From positions 18,538,001 to 18,602,000 of the forward strand of contig JBHGNT010000013.1 of the NCBI GenBank assembly GCA_043228905.1: a stretch of DNA of 64,000 bases, in the 5' to 3' direction. Below are positions 62,912 through 64,000 of this stretch, piece by piece; the first letter of the stretch is position 1, and every line of letters starts with the position of its first letter. The notes below the pieces were generated by a model. That model saw nothing but the letters and a program-made list of their open reading frames with translations, was not told where the DNA came from and did not search any database. This DNA is from Azolla caroliniana (Eukaryota; Plantae; Polypodiophyta). Position numbers and translations under genes: made by a program.

Positions 62912-64000
62912 TGTTAGTATTAAGAATTAGGTAAGTAATTAAGGGTTAATTAGTACCTAATTATGTGAGTAGTTGATATGCGGAAGATTAAGTGATATGT
63001 GTGTGTGTATGCGTGTGAGAGGAAGAGAGAGAGAGAGGAAGTTAACACTTATAAACAACACAAGATGGGGGATGAGTAACTATATTAAATTAGCATTATC
63101 ATCATGAAATACAAAAATACCTACAATGAGGTATATATAAATCTCATGTGCAAGGGTGCACATGTGTGAGGATAATATAGGTACAAAAGTGTAAGTCCTA
63201 TATTAAATGTACTTAGGAGTGGAGGATCTAGAATATCCCACTTAAGTACAAGGTCCTATTTAAGGCATTATAGTCAACACTTCTAACTAGATTCTATCTA
63301 AGTAACTACGAAGTTACATGGTTGACTAACTAACTAAACTAAGTTGAGCTTGATCTCTCAACACGCCCCCTCAAGCTCAAGTGTGAGGCGTCCGACATCT
63401 GCTTTGGCTTTTGTTGGCTTTGTGTGCTTTCGTCCGGGCTTCGGCTTTCTTCGCCGTGGCAATCTCGATTCATCACCCTCAAGCCGGTGACGAAGGAGCA
63501 GGGACTTTTATACCGACACGGTATAATTGGGAAGCTAGTCAGATATATCGATGCCGACTAGGCTGGTGATTGTTAACCGTTCTGCCGGAAACACCTTCGA
63601 TATGCCTACAAGCTATCGGTATCAAGGGAAGTGTAATCGTGAAGACTTGTGCACGGAGGTGTCGTTAGGGGAAGAACACGGAGAGCCTACCCGGAATAGA
63701 GCCCGGGTCGTATACGTAGTTGAGACCTTAGAAACGACGACACATAGTTGCAAACAACAAGAGCTAATAGATATGTATTACTGCAATAGTTAGCGAGGAT
63801 TACAAAAACATGGCCCACAGTCGGTAGCCTTACAAAGCTCTTATAACTATGAAACGACCTCGCCTAGGCTCCCGATATCTCTCTCCTGCCGAGGTACGCA
63901 GACCTCGGTTTATATACTTCTCTTCCTTCATACAGTGCCGAGCGGTCGGCTGACTGTGAGGCTCAAAACTCGGCGTTTTACCTAACTCTCCCTTACCTAC
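62912..64000 (-). mobile_element. 3' end of an LTR retrotransposon (Copia-like): 3' LTR ~62912-63363, PPT, and internal region running off the window
   Basis: Minus strand reads TTGAGGGGGCG (PPT) then TGTTGAGA at 63363. Candidate other LTR end is TGTTAG at 62912. Internal part is CpG-rich with no pol ORF visible. Confidence 0.7.

Overview
AT-rich, intron-rich land-plant nuclear DNA; the 5S fragment sequence, the PLS-PPR genes and the TE types point to a seed-free plant such as a fern (inference). Six host genes are recognisable: VPS35 (+, 881-18087, with a ~10 kb last intron filled by LINEs), an ALMT anion channel (-), a DUF1218/MWL-like membrane protein (-), two single-exon PLS-class PPR genes (-) and a SUVH4/KRYPTONITE-like H3K9 methyltransferase (+). 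Mobile DNA includes a near full-length decayed APE-RT LINE (RTE-X-like) with many 3' fragments, older LINE relics, four hAT-type MITEs, a Tc1/mariner(pogo)-type MITE carrying a 48-bp double-palindrome array, and a Copia LTR end. The most unusual signal is a set of composite Pol III small-RNA copies next to (GA)n tracts: a full-length U6 fused to the 3' half of 5S rRNA, a tRNA-Asp/tRNA-Glu head-to-tail dimer, and a dispersed ~200-bp element with two convergent tRNA-like promoters. All comparisons to known families are from memory; no searches were run, and internal exon and TE borders are approximate.
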